DNA from: Candidatus Saccharimonadota bacterium
GTDB lineage: Bacteria; Patescibacteriota; Saccharimonadia; Saccharimonadales; JAGQNK01
Reading direction: 5' to 3'
Length of the DNA stretch: 64,000 nt
Assembly (NCBI GenBank): GCA_020428105.1
Contig: JAGQNK010000011.1
Coordinates: 22,203-86,202 of the forward strand
Shown piece after piece: positions 38,458-47,528 of the stretch. Position 1 is the first letter of the stretch; every line of letters starts with the position of its first letter. The notes below the pieces were generated by a model. That model was given only the letters and a program-made list of their open reading frames with translations. It was not told the DNA's origin and made no database searches. A program made the translations under genes and the position numbers.

Positions 38458-39594
38458 CTACAGATCACTCACACTAGATTTTGAATATATCTGTGCAGTG
38501 GCCGTACCATCTACAAAGCGGACCTCGATCTCGGTGCCAATTTGTATATCATGGACAGATTTACTGAGCTTGTTTGTTGCTACATTTCGAATTTGCGCAA
38601 ATCCCTTGCCAAAAATCCGTGCTGGGTTTTGTGCTTCTACCTCACTTCTTAGCAACAAAATATCTCGCGAGGCCACTAACAAACTACCCTCCAAGGCTTG
38701 GAATATATCTGAAACATTATCGTAAACACAAGCTTTTGACATTAGAATATTACTCAAGACTTGATTGTGCATCACTTCGATACTCGCCCGGACATCAGCA
38801 ATCGCATTCGTTTTATCAGGCACTAAAATTTGAGCTGCGTTGCTTGGCGTACTTGCTCGCCGATCCGCGGCCAGCTCTGCCAAGCTCACATCAACTTCAT
38901 GACCGACAGCAACAAGCGTTGGTATACGGCTAGTCGCTACACTGCGTGTCAATTGCTCATGGTTGAATGCTGACAAATCTTCGGCACTGCCGCCGCCTCT
39001 AGTAATAACAATCACCTCTACTGGATTATTATGGGAGTTGAAGTAGTCCAATGCCGCGATCAATTGTGGTGGCGCTTTTTCGCCTTGCACCTGAACATCC
39101 GCCAACTCAACTTCTACCCCTCCCCACCGCTCTTGCAAAATCTTGATAAAATCATGGTAGGCCGCCGATTCAGCGGAAGTGACGAGCCCAATGCGCGCTG
39201 GTGGATACGGCAGTAGTCGCTTACGAGAAGCATCAAATAGCCCCTCGGAACGTAATTTTGCCTCTAGCAATGCAGAAGCCCGTTTTATTGACCCTTCGCC
39301 GACTGGCTTCAAGTTCTGGACTGAGATACTGAATCCGTATTGTGGATGAAGTCGTGGTACGCCAGTCACCTGCACCATTAGGCCGTCTTCCAGCGGTCCA
39401 GGCAGTTGGTAAACGGTGCCGAAAAATTTAACACTCGACATATCATCCTTGAGATCAAAATACACCCAGCGATTCTTGCTAACCCGGAAATTTGCTAACT
39501 CACCTACGATATTTATTGACGGATATGCATATTCAATAGTTTGGTTAAATACGGCAACAAAATCCGAGACTCCGAAGACTATATCATTCATCAC
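38458..39594 (-). CDS. xseA: exodeoxyribonuclease VII large subunit
   Basis: OB-fold N-terminus (VSDFVAVFNQTIEYAYPSINIVGELANFRVSKNRWVYFDLKD) and a catalytic core. Confidence 0.9.
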   Translation of the reverse strand: MMNDIVFGVSDFVAVFNQTIEYAYPSINIVGELANFRVSKNRWVYFDLKDDMSSVKFFGTVYQLPGPLEDGLMVQVTGVPRLHPQYGFSISVQNLKPVGEGSIKRASALLEAKLRSEGLFDASRKRLLPYPPARIGLVTSAESAAYHDFIKILQERWGGVEVELADVQVQGEKAPPQLIAALDYFNSHNNPVEVIVITRGGGSAEDLSAFNHEQLTRSVATSRIPTLVAVGHEVDVSLAELAADRRASTPSNAAQILVPDKTNAIADVRASIEVMHNQVLSNILMSKACVYDNVSDIFQALEGSLLVASRDILLLRSEVEAQNPARIFGKGFAQIRNVATNKLSKSVHDIQIGTEIEVRFVDGTATAQIYSKSSVSDL

Positions 39595-39599
39595 AATTG

Positions 39600-40643
39600 C
39601 TAGCCCTTGTCGGGTGAGTCAAATGTCGGCGCTTTATGATAAAAATAATAGCCCGGTATGGTCTGGATTGCCATACTTATCACACGATACATCACAGTCA
39701 CAGGAATACTTACTCCAGGAGGAACGCCAGCTGCCGCCAGAACAGCGGTCATCAACGCTTCATAGATACCAACACCCCCCGGCAAAACCGAAACCAGCCC
39801 AGCAAAGTTCGCAACAGCGTATGCCAAAATGATTGCTCCTATATTCACCGTATGACCAAATGCTAGATAAACCGAATATACCGTCAGTACTTCCGTAATG
39901 TTGGCAATCAAGCCATAGTACAAAGGTGCTCTGAGCGAACGATAGTCTTTCTTGAGCAATTTGTAATTCTCATGTAGTTCCGTGAACACCCGTCGAACGC
40001 GCTTGATATTTATTGTCTCTGGATGCTTGGGTCTAATAACGTGAATAACACGATTTACCGCTTTCGTAGCATACGTAAAGAATCTATTGATACGTTGTTT
40101 GCTACCAACAATAAATGCCAAACCAGCTGTCATAACGGCCAGCAATGTCACCAACGATGCCCCGATAACCAGCGTCAAGCCGCTCACTTCACCAAATACT
40201 GCCAAACTTAGCAAAGCAATTACCAGCAAAATTTCGAAGGACAAGAACAGAAATGCAAACTTCATAATCTGCACAAGCGTTGACTGAGCAGTCGATATAC
40301 CTAGCGGCTTCAGCCGCACGCTAAAGTACGATATTCCAGACACCCCGCCACTTGGAAATACATGGTTGACAAAGTTCAGCTCCAATGCCGTACGATACAT
40401 ATCCCAATACCTAGTCTTGCTACCAATTATCGCAAACATCGCGCGATACATGCGTGCATACGCGTCATAATTCATCACCTGTAGTGGAATCATCATAAGT
40501 AGCGCCCAAGTATTCACCCGCCCAATATTGCTAATTGTCTCGGTAATTTGTGGCCACGTAAGGTAGACCAGCAATATCAGGGCGCCAAAAGTAATAATGT
40601 TCAGGATCAGCTTCCAGCGTTTCTTCTTTTCTGATTCACTCAT
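39600..40643 (-). CDS. UPF0104/lysylphosphatidylglycerol-synthase-TM-region-like flippase family membrane protein
   Basis: Polytopic membrane protein of about 8 TM segments with the family-typical layout. Confidence 0.6.
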   Translation of the reverse strand: MSESEKKKRWKLILNIITFGALILLVYLTWPQITETISNIGRVNTWALLMMIPLQVMNYDAYARMYRAMFAIIGSKTRYWDMYRTALELNFVNHVFPSGGVSGISYFSVRLKPLGISTAQSTLVQIMKFAFLFLSFEILLVIALLSLAVFGEVSGLTLVIGASLVTLLAVMTAGLAFIVGSKQRINRFFTYATKAVNRVIHVIRPKHPETINIKRVRRVFTELHENYKLLKKDYRSLRAPLYYGLIANITEVLTVYSVYLAFGHTVNIGAIILAYAVANFAGLVSVLPGGVGIYEALMTAVLAAAGVPPGVSIPVTVMYRVISMAIQTIPGYYFYHKAPTFDSPDKG

Positions 40644-40684
40644 TCAGTATCAAATTATATACCAAAACGCTATAATACCTCTAC

Positions 40685-41887
40685 ATGACCGGAATCATTG
40701 CCATACTTGGACGACAGCCCGCCTTGGGCCTAGCCGAACTCGAAAGTCTTTTTGGTGCCGAAAAAATACAACCACTTAGCGCTGGCGCAGCTGTGGTGGA
40801 TGCAGAGCCGCAGAATTTCCCCATGCAGAGACTCGGCGGTACCATGAAAATAGCAAGATACTTGACTGACCTGCCCTACACCGACTGGAACAAAATCGAG
40901 GAATACCTCGTCCAGGAATTACCAAAACACACCTGCTGTCGACCACCTGGCAAAATTCGCTTGGGCTTAAACGCCTACGGATTCAAAATAAGCTTGGGGC
41001 GCATCAACGCTACCGGACTGACGCTCAAAAAAGTCGTAAAAAACCCACCAGATAGCGAAGGCCGTTCCGTTCGTGTCGTACCAAATAAAGCCCTGGAGCT
41101 AAACACCGCACAGGTCATCCACAACCAGCTGCTTGGTCCGACTGGATTAGACCTTGTTCTGATTAAAAACGGTAACAAAACCATCCTGGCGCAAACATTT
41201 GCCGTGCAGAATATTGACGCCTACGCCGCTCGTGACCAAAAACGGCCCAAGCGTGATGCACGCGTGGGCATGCTACCACCAAAACTCGCCCAAATCATCA
41301 TCAACCTTGCCACAAACAATGCCTCACCACATACTGGAGCAGTTCTGCTCGACCCCTTTTGTGGCACCGGCGTAGTCCTGCAGGAAGCGCAGCTTATGGG
41401 CTTTGACGCCTACGGCACAGACTTGGAGCCACGTATGGTTGAATACAGCATCGATAACCTTGCTTGGCTACACAACACCCACGATGTGCCGACAAATTAC
41501 TATCGTATAGAAATAGGTGATGCAACCGACTTTCAGTGGAATAATCCAAACGCCATTCATTTTGTTGCCTGTGAAACATACCTTGGTCGTCCGTTAACCG
41601 GAATTCCCGCGCCGCCAGTGTTGCAAAAAGTGATACAGGATGTCGACACTATTCATCGCAAGTTCCTCCAAAACCTTGCAAAACAAACCAAACCAGGCTT
41701 CCGAGCTTGCATCGCAGTCCCTGCTTGGCGTACCAAAAAGGGCTTTGCCCATTTAAAAACGCTTGATTCTCTCGAGGAATTAGGGTATACTCGCATAAGT
41801 TTTGCTCATGTGAATGATGAGGATCTCCTCTATCACCGCGCTGACCAAATAGTCGCCCGTGAGCTAGTAATTTTAAAACGTATTTAG
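40685..41887 (+). CDS. THUMP-domain RNA (guanine-N2/adenine-N6 class) methyltransferase
   Basis: N-terminal THUMP-like region and MTase motif I LLDPFCGTGVVLQEA (DPFCG[ST]G). Confidence 0.7.
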   Translation: MTGIIAILGRQPALGLAELESLFGAEKIQPLSAGAAVVDAEPQNFPMQRLGGTMKIARYLTDLPYTDWNKIEEYLVQELPKHTCCRPPGKIRLGLNAYGFKISLGRINATGLTLKKVVKNPPDSEGRSVRVVPNKALELNTAQVIHNQLLGPTGLDLVLIKNGNKTILAQTFAVQNIDAYAARDQKRPKRDARVGMLPPKLAQIIINLATNNASPHTGAVLLDPFCGTGVVLQEAQLMGFDAYGTDLEPRMVEYSIDNLAWLHNTHDVPTNYYRIEIGDATDFQWNNPNAIHFVACETYLGRPLTGIPAPPVLQKVIQDVDTIHRKFLQNLAKQTKPGFRACIAVPAWRTKKGFAHLKTLDSLEELGYTRISFAHVNDEDLLYHRADQIVARELVILKRI

Positions 41888-42045
41888 TCGTCAGCATGCC
41901 ACTGTTAAGAGATGTTGTGGGTGGATGCAGTACAAGGCGGCAGTGAGGAGCGCAAATGAGCCATATACAAAGTACGGTGAATGCGTACCTTAAGCGACAG
42001 CGCAGTAATGCACCGCTCACAACAACTCGCACATAAGGAGATACA

Positions 42046-42318
42046 ATGTCAAAAGTTAAAGCAGGTGGTAGTAGTAAGAACGTTCACGATAGTCCCGGCC
42101 AACGCCTTGGCGTTAAGCTCTATGGTGGCCAAAAGGTCAAGAATGGCCAAGTAATTGTTCGTCAGACTGGCCTAACCAAGCGCGCAGGTGACGGCACATA
42201 CTTTAGTCGTAACTTCACCATCCACGCCGCCAAAGATGGTGTAGTAAAGTTCAGCAAACGCCGTGTTCGCCTGTTCACCGGCAAAACCGTCCGCCGTACC
42301 GAAGTCACCGTCGAATAA
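42046..42318 (+). CDS. rpmA: 50S ribosomal protein L27
   Basis: KAGGSSKNVHDSPGQRLGVKLYGGQ...HAAKDGVVKF matches bL27. RBS AGGAG at 42036-42040. Confidence 0.9.
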   Translation: MSKVKAGGSSKNVHDSPGQRLGVKLYGGQKVKNGQVIVRQTGLTKRAGDGTYFSRNFTIHAAKDGVVKFSKRRVRLFTGKTVRRTEVTVE

Positions 42319-42344
42319 ATATCATCGCCCTAGATATAAAAATA

Positions 42345-42368
42345 CCACTCCTAGAGTGGCATTTTTAT
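42345..42368 (+). terminator. putative rho-independent terminator after rpmA
   Basis: CCACTC-CTA-GAGTGG hairpin followed by CATTTTTATAT. Confidence 0.4.
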
Positions 42369-42532
42369 ATAGGTTCATTCTAATCAAGCTTTGGAACTCG
42401 CGGATCACCTGCCTGTGGGTTAGCCGGCGTATCTATACGAATCGGCATACCAGGCTGATACATAGTACTAGGTTTGTGTGATCGGATATTCGTGTAACCG
42501 CCGTATTCTCGCATCGCTGACGACTGAGCTGG

Positions 42533-42697
42533 CTAGCCTGCTGGAACTTCCTCCGTAGACATACCGGGCACGCGATCGATTATATCCTGTGGCTCTGGCG
42601 TATCTACTGGCACTATTTCCACGGGCATGCCAGGCACTTTATCAATTACCGCTGGAGTTTCTGTTGTTGGTTTTGGCTGTTCGTTTGTGTTATTCAT
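42533..42697 (-). CDS. small repeat peptide (PGMP motif repeats), possibly a pseudogene or read-through
   Basis: The internal ATG (MNNTNEQ) is preferred because the upstream part overlaps the neighbouring gene. The downstream sequence beyond the TAG stays in frame and repeats the same motifs. Confidence 0.3.
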   Translation of the reverse strand: MNNTNEQPKPTTETPAVIDKVPGMPVEIVPVDTPEPQDIIDRVPGMSTEEVPAG

Positions 42698-42741
42698 TGT
42701 ATTTATATTACAGCAGTGATAGTAATATTTGTCAAATTTCG

Positions 42742-44316
42742 CTAAGACTTCTCGATTTTGATACCAAGCTTCTTGGCAGTTTTCTGCCAATCCTGTCCGT
42801 AGAGCATAGCCAGAGCCGCTGCACGGTGGAACCCTGAGTCAACTTTTTCGTGTACAGGTGCATCTTCGTCACCACTAACCTCAATCGGTAGCGGGCTATT
42901 ACCAGCTTGAACATTATATCTACCAGTAAGCATGTCGGCCATTAGCTCGGCGACATATCGCTGACTACCGATAGTTGCCGGTTCTTTGCCGGTGATATGT
43001 GTACTTTCTCTATTTGATTTTGGCCAGTTGTTGATAACACGGTCGCCAAACCAACGACTTGGTGAGTTAGGGTCGTCAACCATGCCCGCCTCCAACGCAA
43101 CAGCGGCCTGCATTTCGCTCGTTATCTCTTCGAGCCGTTCGGGTGTCACTTCGCCCGCCAACTCTTTTGACCAGTTTTCAACCTGTTCATTGCGGAATTC
43201 AGATTTTTCGCTATTAACCTCAGATGATTCTCTGTAGCCGACAAGATTTGTTCGCATTTCTTCAACTTGCTGTCTCGCAAGCACAACTTGTCGTGTCACT
43301 TCAGGCAAAGCACGCCACTGACGCGACAGCGTATCAGCCGCACCCATGTCTAGAAAATTTGGGCCTCTGCTATTCATGGCACTAAAACTCTGCTGCATTC
43401 CCCGCAGGTTTCTACCAAATTCGCCTAGCTTATTCCTAATAGGAGCTGGCAAAAACTGATCACCATTCGTCAAGTCCAACAACGTACTGAACTCGCGACC
43501 AAAAAGCAACCGTTCAAGCTCCTGGCGGGTACTGCCAGTCACTAGGTTACGACTCTCACCCATGCTTTCCGCAATCTGTCGCTGCAAGCCATTGCCTACC
43601 CCATCGAGCTGCGACAGCAGACCAGAAGCTATGTCAAGCTTCTGCATCTGCTCGTCAAGCATTGTTGTAGCATGCTCGACTCCAGCTTCAAGAGTTTGAC
43701 TCTCAGGCAAGCCCCAGATTTCTTGTAATGCTTTGATTGCCTGTGCTTGTTTTTCGCCTAGGTCTGGCGTGCTTTCCGGCTCGGTCTTGAAGTGAGCTTG
43801 TTCCACCGCTGACTTATCCGAGGGACCCTGAATATCAACAACTGGCTCAACAACGCCCGACTCTTCTACTGCAACCTGTCCGACCTCTCTGGCAACTTCT
43901 ATACTTTCGCCAGTCGATTTTGTTTCTGGAGTCACTGGCATGGGGGGTTGTTCGCGCGGAATAGTATCTTCCTCTGGTGGTTTATTCCAGACCTGAAGGT
44001 CACTCAAAGATACGGCCCTTTCGTAGGTTATACCAGTCTCGGTATCATACTTGGAAAGTTTTACCGCAGTTATAAGCTCACCTGTGTCAGGATGTGGATA
44101 GTTTTCCCGAAACCCATCTACGACCCATCCTTTATCCGTATCACTAGATGTACGCTGAATCACAACAGACGTCGGCAGTCCTAGCTGCTCGGCTGGGGTT
44201 TGCTCCGGTACATGCCCGGGGAAAGCTTCATGATTTGGCTCTTGCATATTTGTTTTAGTGTTTAACAAATGTATATTAGCATAAACATTACAAAAAAGCA
44301 ATAGCGTCGTACTCAT
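42742..44316 (-). CDS. large hypothetical protein (about 500-524 aa), soluble, with a coiled-coil central region
   Basis: Long ORF. The first 9-11 codons overlap the IS left end, so an alternative start at 44247 (MQEPNHEAF) is possible. Confidence 0.45.
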   Translation of the reverse strand: MSTTLLLFCNVYANIHLLNTKTNMQEPNHEAFPGHVPEQTPAEQLGLPTSVVIQRTSSDTDKGWVVDGFRENYPHPDTGELITAVKLSKYDTETGITYERAVSLSDLQVWNKPPEEDTIPREQPPMPVTPETKSTGESIEVAREVGQVAVEESGVVEPVVDIQGPSDKSAVEQAHFKTEPESTPDLGEKQAQAIKALQEIWGLPESQTLEAGVEHATTMLDEQMQKLDIASGLLSQLDGVGNGLQRQIAESMGESRNLVTGSTRQELERLLFGREFSTLLDLTNGDQFLPAPIRNKLGEFGRNLRGMQQSFSAMNSRGPNFLDMGAADTLSRQWRALPEVTRQVVLARQQVEEMRTNLVGYRESSEVNSEKSEFRNEQVENWSKELAGEVTPERLEEITSEMQAAVALEAGMVDDPNSPSRWFGDRVINNWPKSNRESTHITGKEPATIGSQRYVAELMADMLTGRYNVQAGNSPLPIEVSGDEDAPVHEKVDSGFHRAAALAMLYGQDWQKTAKKLGIKIEKS

Positions 44317-45401
44317 TCACCACCTTTGCAACATAAATAGCAGGCGTCCTACACTGTAAGTTACCACAACTAATCAGAGAGGAGCCTGCTATGGCCTATT
44401 CTATCAACCCTAACTTACCGAAAGCGAGGGCTTTCGCTATGCAATTGCTTATTCGTGAGCAATTGTCAGTACAGATTGTCGCCAATCGGTGTGGAGTACA
44501 CCGCAGCACTATCTGGCGGTGGAAACAGAAGTGGGAAGTCTTGAACCATAATGTCCAAATGGACAATCCTAACCGCCCAAACAGAGTATACAGTCGCACC
44601 AACCACCTGAACCGCTGCACCTGGCGCATACCAACAACCACCTCTCGCCCCCGTACCAGCCCAACAGCTGTAAGCCAAGAGCTGGTCGCTCTTGTGCTTG
44701 CCGTACGCAATCAACTCAAACGTTGTGCCGAAGTGGTCTGGCACCACCTCATAAACATCCTTGGTGTCTCGGTATCCCTGAGTAGTGTCAGACGTATTCT
44801 ATGGCGGTCTGGGGTTGCACGAGGCCGGAAGAACCGCGTACGGAGAGACAACCCGAGACGCCCAGTCGTCACCAGGCCTGGTGAGCTCGTTCAGACAGAC
44901 ACCATCCACCATGTCGACCCCAAGACGGGCAAGAGACTGTATTACTACACGGTCATCGATCTCTACACTCGGATGACTCACGTCACCCTGGCATCCAAGC
45001 TCAGTCCAGGCCTCGCAGCACAGGCTGTACTAAAAGCACAGCAACAATGGGGGTTCCCCATTGCCATAGTGCAAGCCGACAATGGCCCAGAGTACAGTCG
45101 CTACTTTGAGCAACAAATGAAGCAGGCAAACATACAAACCAGACATAGCCGGTTGCACCGACCAAATGACAATGCTCACATTGAACGATTCAACAGAACC
45201 ATACAGGAAGAATGCATTGGGCACTACTGGAACAGGAGCGTTCCGCTCCCGTCCCAGCAAGATAGGCTAACTGTCTATCTTGAGTACTACAACACCAAAA
45301 GAGTACACTTAGGCATACAGCTGAAGACACCTGCCGAGATGTTGCAAAGGTCTTGAGTTCTTTACGTAGCGTGTTACTGCTATTGCTTTTTTGTATCGTT
45401 T
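44283..45401 (+). mobile_element. IS481-family insertion sequence (ends approximate)
   Basis: A single transposase ORF flanked by a 16-bp perfect inverted repeat ACAAAAAAGCAATAGC (44290-44305 / 45379-45394) plus a subterminal inverted 13-mer ACCTTTGCAACAT (44322-44334 / 45339-45351). GC content is clearly higher than the surroundings. Confidence 0.7.
44391..45356 (+). CDS. IS481-family DDE transposase (rve integrase core with an N-terminal HTH)
   Basis: N-terminal HTH (GVHRSTIWRWKQKW), a DDE core (VQTDTIH...YTVIDLYTR...ADNGPEY...HIERFNRTIQEE), 321 aa. Confidence 0.85.
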   Translation: MAYSINPNLPKARAFAMQLLIREQLSVQIVANRCGVHRSTIWRWKQKWEVLNHNVQMDNPNRPNRVYSRTNHLNRCTWRIPTTTSRPRTSPTAVSQELVALVLAVRNQLKRCAEVVWHHLINILGVSVSLSSVRRILWRSGVARGRKNRVRRDNPRRPVVTRPGELVQTDTIHHVDPKTGKRLYYYTVIDLYTRMTHVTLASKLSPGLAAQAVLKAQQQWGFPIAIVQADNGPEYSRYFEQQMKQANIQTRHSRLHRPNDNAHIERFNRTIQEECIGHYWNRSVPLPSQQDRLTVYLEYYNTKRVHLGIQLKTPAEMLQRS

Positions 45402-45408
45402 GCTCGGT

Positions 45409-45816
45409 TTACATATCGAGATGCTGCTTGATGCGCTCAACAACGTCTGCAATAACTACCTGAGACTTAACCAAGTAGTCATCTACACCCATTTCTTCAG
45501 CGCGCTTTCGATCAGAATCCTGGCTAAGTGCAGTCAGCATAATAATCTTGGTGTTAGTTGTTTCTGGTGTGTTACGCAAAATATCCAGTACATCAAATCC
45601 ACTAACCTTTGGCATCATTACGTCTAGCAAAATCATGTCTGGCTTATATTCCAGAGCGGCCGCTAAGGCCTCTTCGCCATTGGGCACGCGCTTTAGGTCA
45701 AAACCTTCAGCATGCAAACGTGTCTTGTACACGTTGGCGAGCGTGTCGTCGTCTTCTACTAGTAGAATCTTCTTGGCATTTGTATTTCCTGAGGGCGTTA
45801 TTGTTTGTTCATCCAT
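45409..45816 (-). CDS. stand-alone response regulator receiver (CheY-like)
   Basis: KILLVEDDD, DMILLDVMMP, IIMLTA and YLVKS give a canonical REC with all phospho-site residues. Confidence 0.8.
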   Translation of the reverse strand: MDEQTITPSGNTNAKKILLVEDDDTLANVYKTRLHAEGFDLKRVPNGEEALAAALEYKPDMILLDVMMPKVSGFDVLDILRNTPETTNTKIIMLTALSQDSDRKRAEEMGVDDYLVKSQVVIADVVERIKQHLDM

Positions 45817-45837
45817 GATGCTAATGCTACTCCGTTG

Positions 45838-47466
45838 TTATGATTTATTCAATACCTGCACTAACGATGCATTCACAAAACCATAGAACATAGGATGAGC
45901 GCGGTTAGGACGGGATTTGAACTCTGGGTGAAACTGGCTAGCCAAAAAGAACGGGTGATCGATTGCTTCGATAATCTCTACCAAAGATCCGTCAGGACTT
46001 GTGCCACTTGCAGATATACCCCAAGAAACATAGCTTTCGCGATATTCATTTGCGCATTCATAACGGTGTCTGTGACGTTCCTGAATCTCTTTCGCTCCGT
46101 AAACCTTCGCTGCCAAACTACCTTTTGCAAGTTTGCAAGGATAATTACCAAGGCGCATCGTTCCACCAGTATTCTCTTTACCCTTTTGGCCATCCATCGT
46201 ATTTATAACCAGGTTCTTACCGTTGGCGTCGATCTCCGCAGTATTAGCGTCATTAACGCCAGCAGAACGTGCAGCCGCAATAACCGCCATCTGCAAGCCA
46301 AGACAAATACCAAGGTAAGGTAGTTTATTACTCAGAGCATATTGTGCGGCCTTAATCTTGCCTTCTATGCCACGAGAACCAAAACCACCTGGTACCACGA
46401 TACCATCCAGTCCTTTTAGGGCGTTTACTACATCTGCACCTGGAGCATCTAAAGCTTCAGCGTCAACCCAGCGGATATCCAACTTTGCATCTTGCGCCCA
46501 AGCAGCCGCCCGCAATGCCTCAAATACTGACATGTACGTATCGGTATTGTCCATATATTTTGCGACCACACCGATAGTCGCCGTTTTGCTGAGGCCATTT
46601 GTGGCTCGCTTAACCACTTCACGCCATTCCTTCAGGTGCGGCTTGCTGACCTTTAGCGCTAGACGTTTACTAATAACATCGGCAATTCCTGTATCCTCAA
46701 GTGTCAGAGGTACCTCATAGATACTGGGTGCATTTGGCAACAATGCAATTGCATCGGTCGACACGCCAGAGAATAGGCTCAATTTCCTTACAACAGCCTC
46801 TGGAGCTGTTTTTTCGGAGCGTGCGACCAAAACATCGGGTACTATTCCATAACCTCGCAGATCACGAACTGCGTTTTGTGCTGGCTTTGTCTTGAACTCT
46901 TGGCTAGCACCCAAATACGGCATGTATACGACATGTACATACAGTGAGTTCTCTCGGCCAACCTTAAAACCAAGTTCACGAATTGCCTCAATGAAGCTAA
47001 GCCCTTCATAATCACCGACCGTACCACCAACTTCGACAATATGAACGTCAAATCCTTTGGAAGCTTCCAAAATCTCCTCTTGCATTGCTCGGACAACATG
47101 TGGAATATACTGAACGGTTTTTCCCAGGTACTTTCCTGCACGCTCATCGGCAATTACTTTCTGTAAAACGCGACCACTCATCAAGCTTGATGATTGTGTA
47201 AGCTCCTGATCTAAAAATCTTTCATAATGGCCAAGGTCGAGGTCTGTTTCGGCGCCATCTTTGGTCACAAAACACTCTCCGTGTTCGGCTGGGTTTAAAG
47301 TGCCGGCATCTATATTCAAATAAGGATCGCACTTTTGAATGTTTATGTTGAGGCCACGAGCTTTCAAGAGGTTTCCGATTGAAGCGGCAGTAATCCCCTT
47401 TCCTAGACCAGAAAGTACTCCACCTGTAACAAATATAAATTTAGTTGGCTTCTTAGCCACTTTCAC
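45838..47466 (-). CDS. pyrG: CTP synthase
   Basis: FIFVTGGVLSGLGKGITAASIG N-terminus and a C-terminal GATase (GICLGLQ). Confidence 0.95.
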   Translation of the reverse strand: MKVAKKPTKFIFVTGGVLSGLGKGITAASIGNLLKARGLNINIQKCDPYLNIDAGTLNPAEHGECFVTKDGAETDLDLGHYERFLDQELTQSSSLMSGRVLQKVIADERAGKYLGKTVQYIPHVVRAMQEEILEASKGFDVHIVEVGGTVGDYEGLSFIEAIRELGFKVGRENSLYVHVVYMPYLGASQEFKTKPAQNAVRDLRGYGIVPDVLVARSEKTAPEAVVRKLSLFSGVSTDAIALLPNAPSIYEVPLTLEDTGIADVISKRLALKVSKPHLKEWREVVKRATNGLSKTATIGVVAKYMDNTDTYMSVFEALRAAAWAQDAKLDIRWVDAEALDAPGADVVNALKGLDGIVVPGGFGSRGIEGKIKAAQYALSNKLPYLGICLGLQMAVIAAARSAGVNDANTAEIDANGKNLVINTMDGQKGKENTGGTMRLGNYPCKLAKGSLAAKVYGAKEIQERHRHRYECANEYRESYVSWGISASGTSPDGSLVEIIEAIDHPFFLASQFHPEFKSRPNRAHPMFYGFVNASLVQVLNKS

Positions 47467-47528
47467 TTCCCCCCGGAACAGAATATTAATACCCTGATAT
47501 TACCACAGACATTATGATGATAAAACCA

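Noticed and set aside
41649-42032. 127-aa minus-strand ORF spanning the methyltransferase 3' end and the rpmA leader
   Set aside because: It overlaps a confident gene and the conserved rpmA upstream region, and shows no RBS or domain.
42533-42535. Global reassignment of TAG or TAA as sense codons, suggested by two in-frame stops
   Set aside because: Essentially all confident housekeeping genes terminate normally with TAA, TAG or TGA (topA and pth with TAG, dprA and rpmA with TAA, ftsW with TGA), so the in-frame stops are more likely local mutations or errors.
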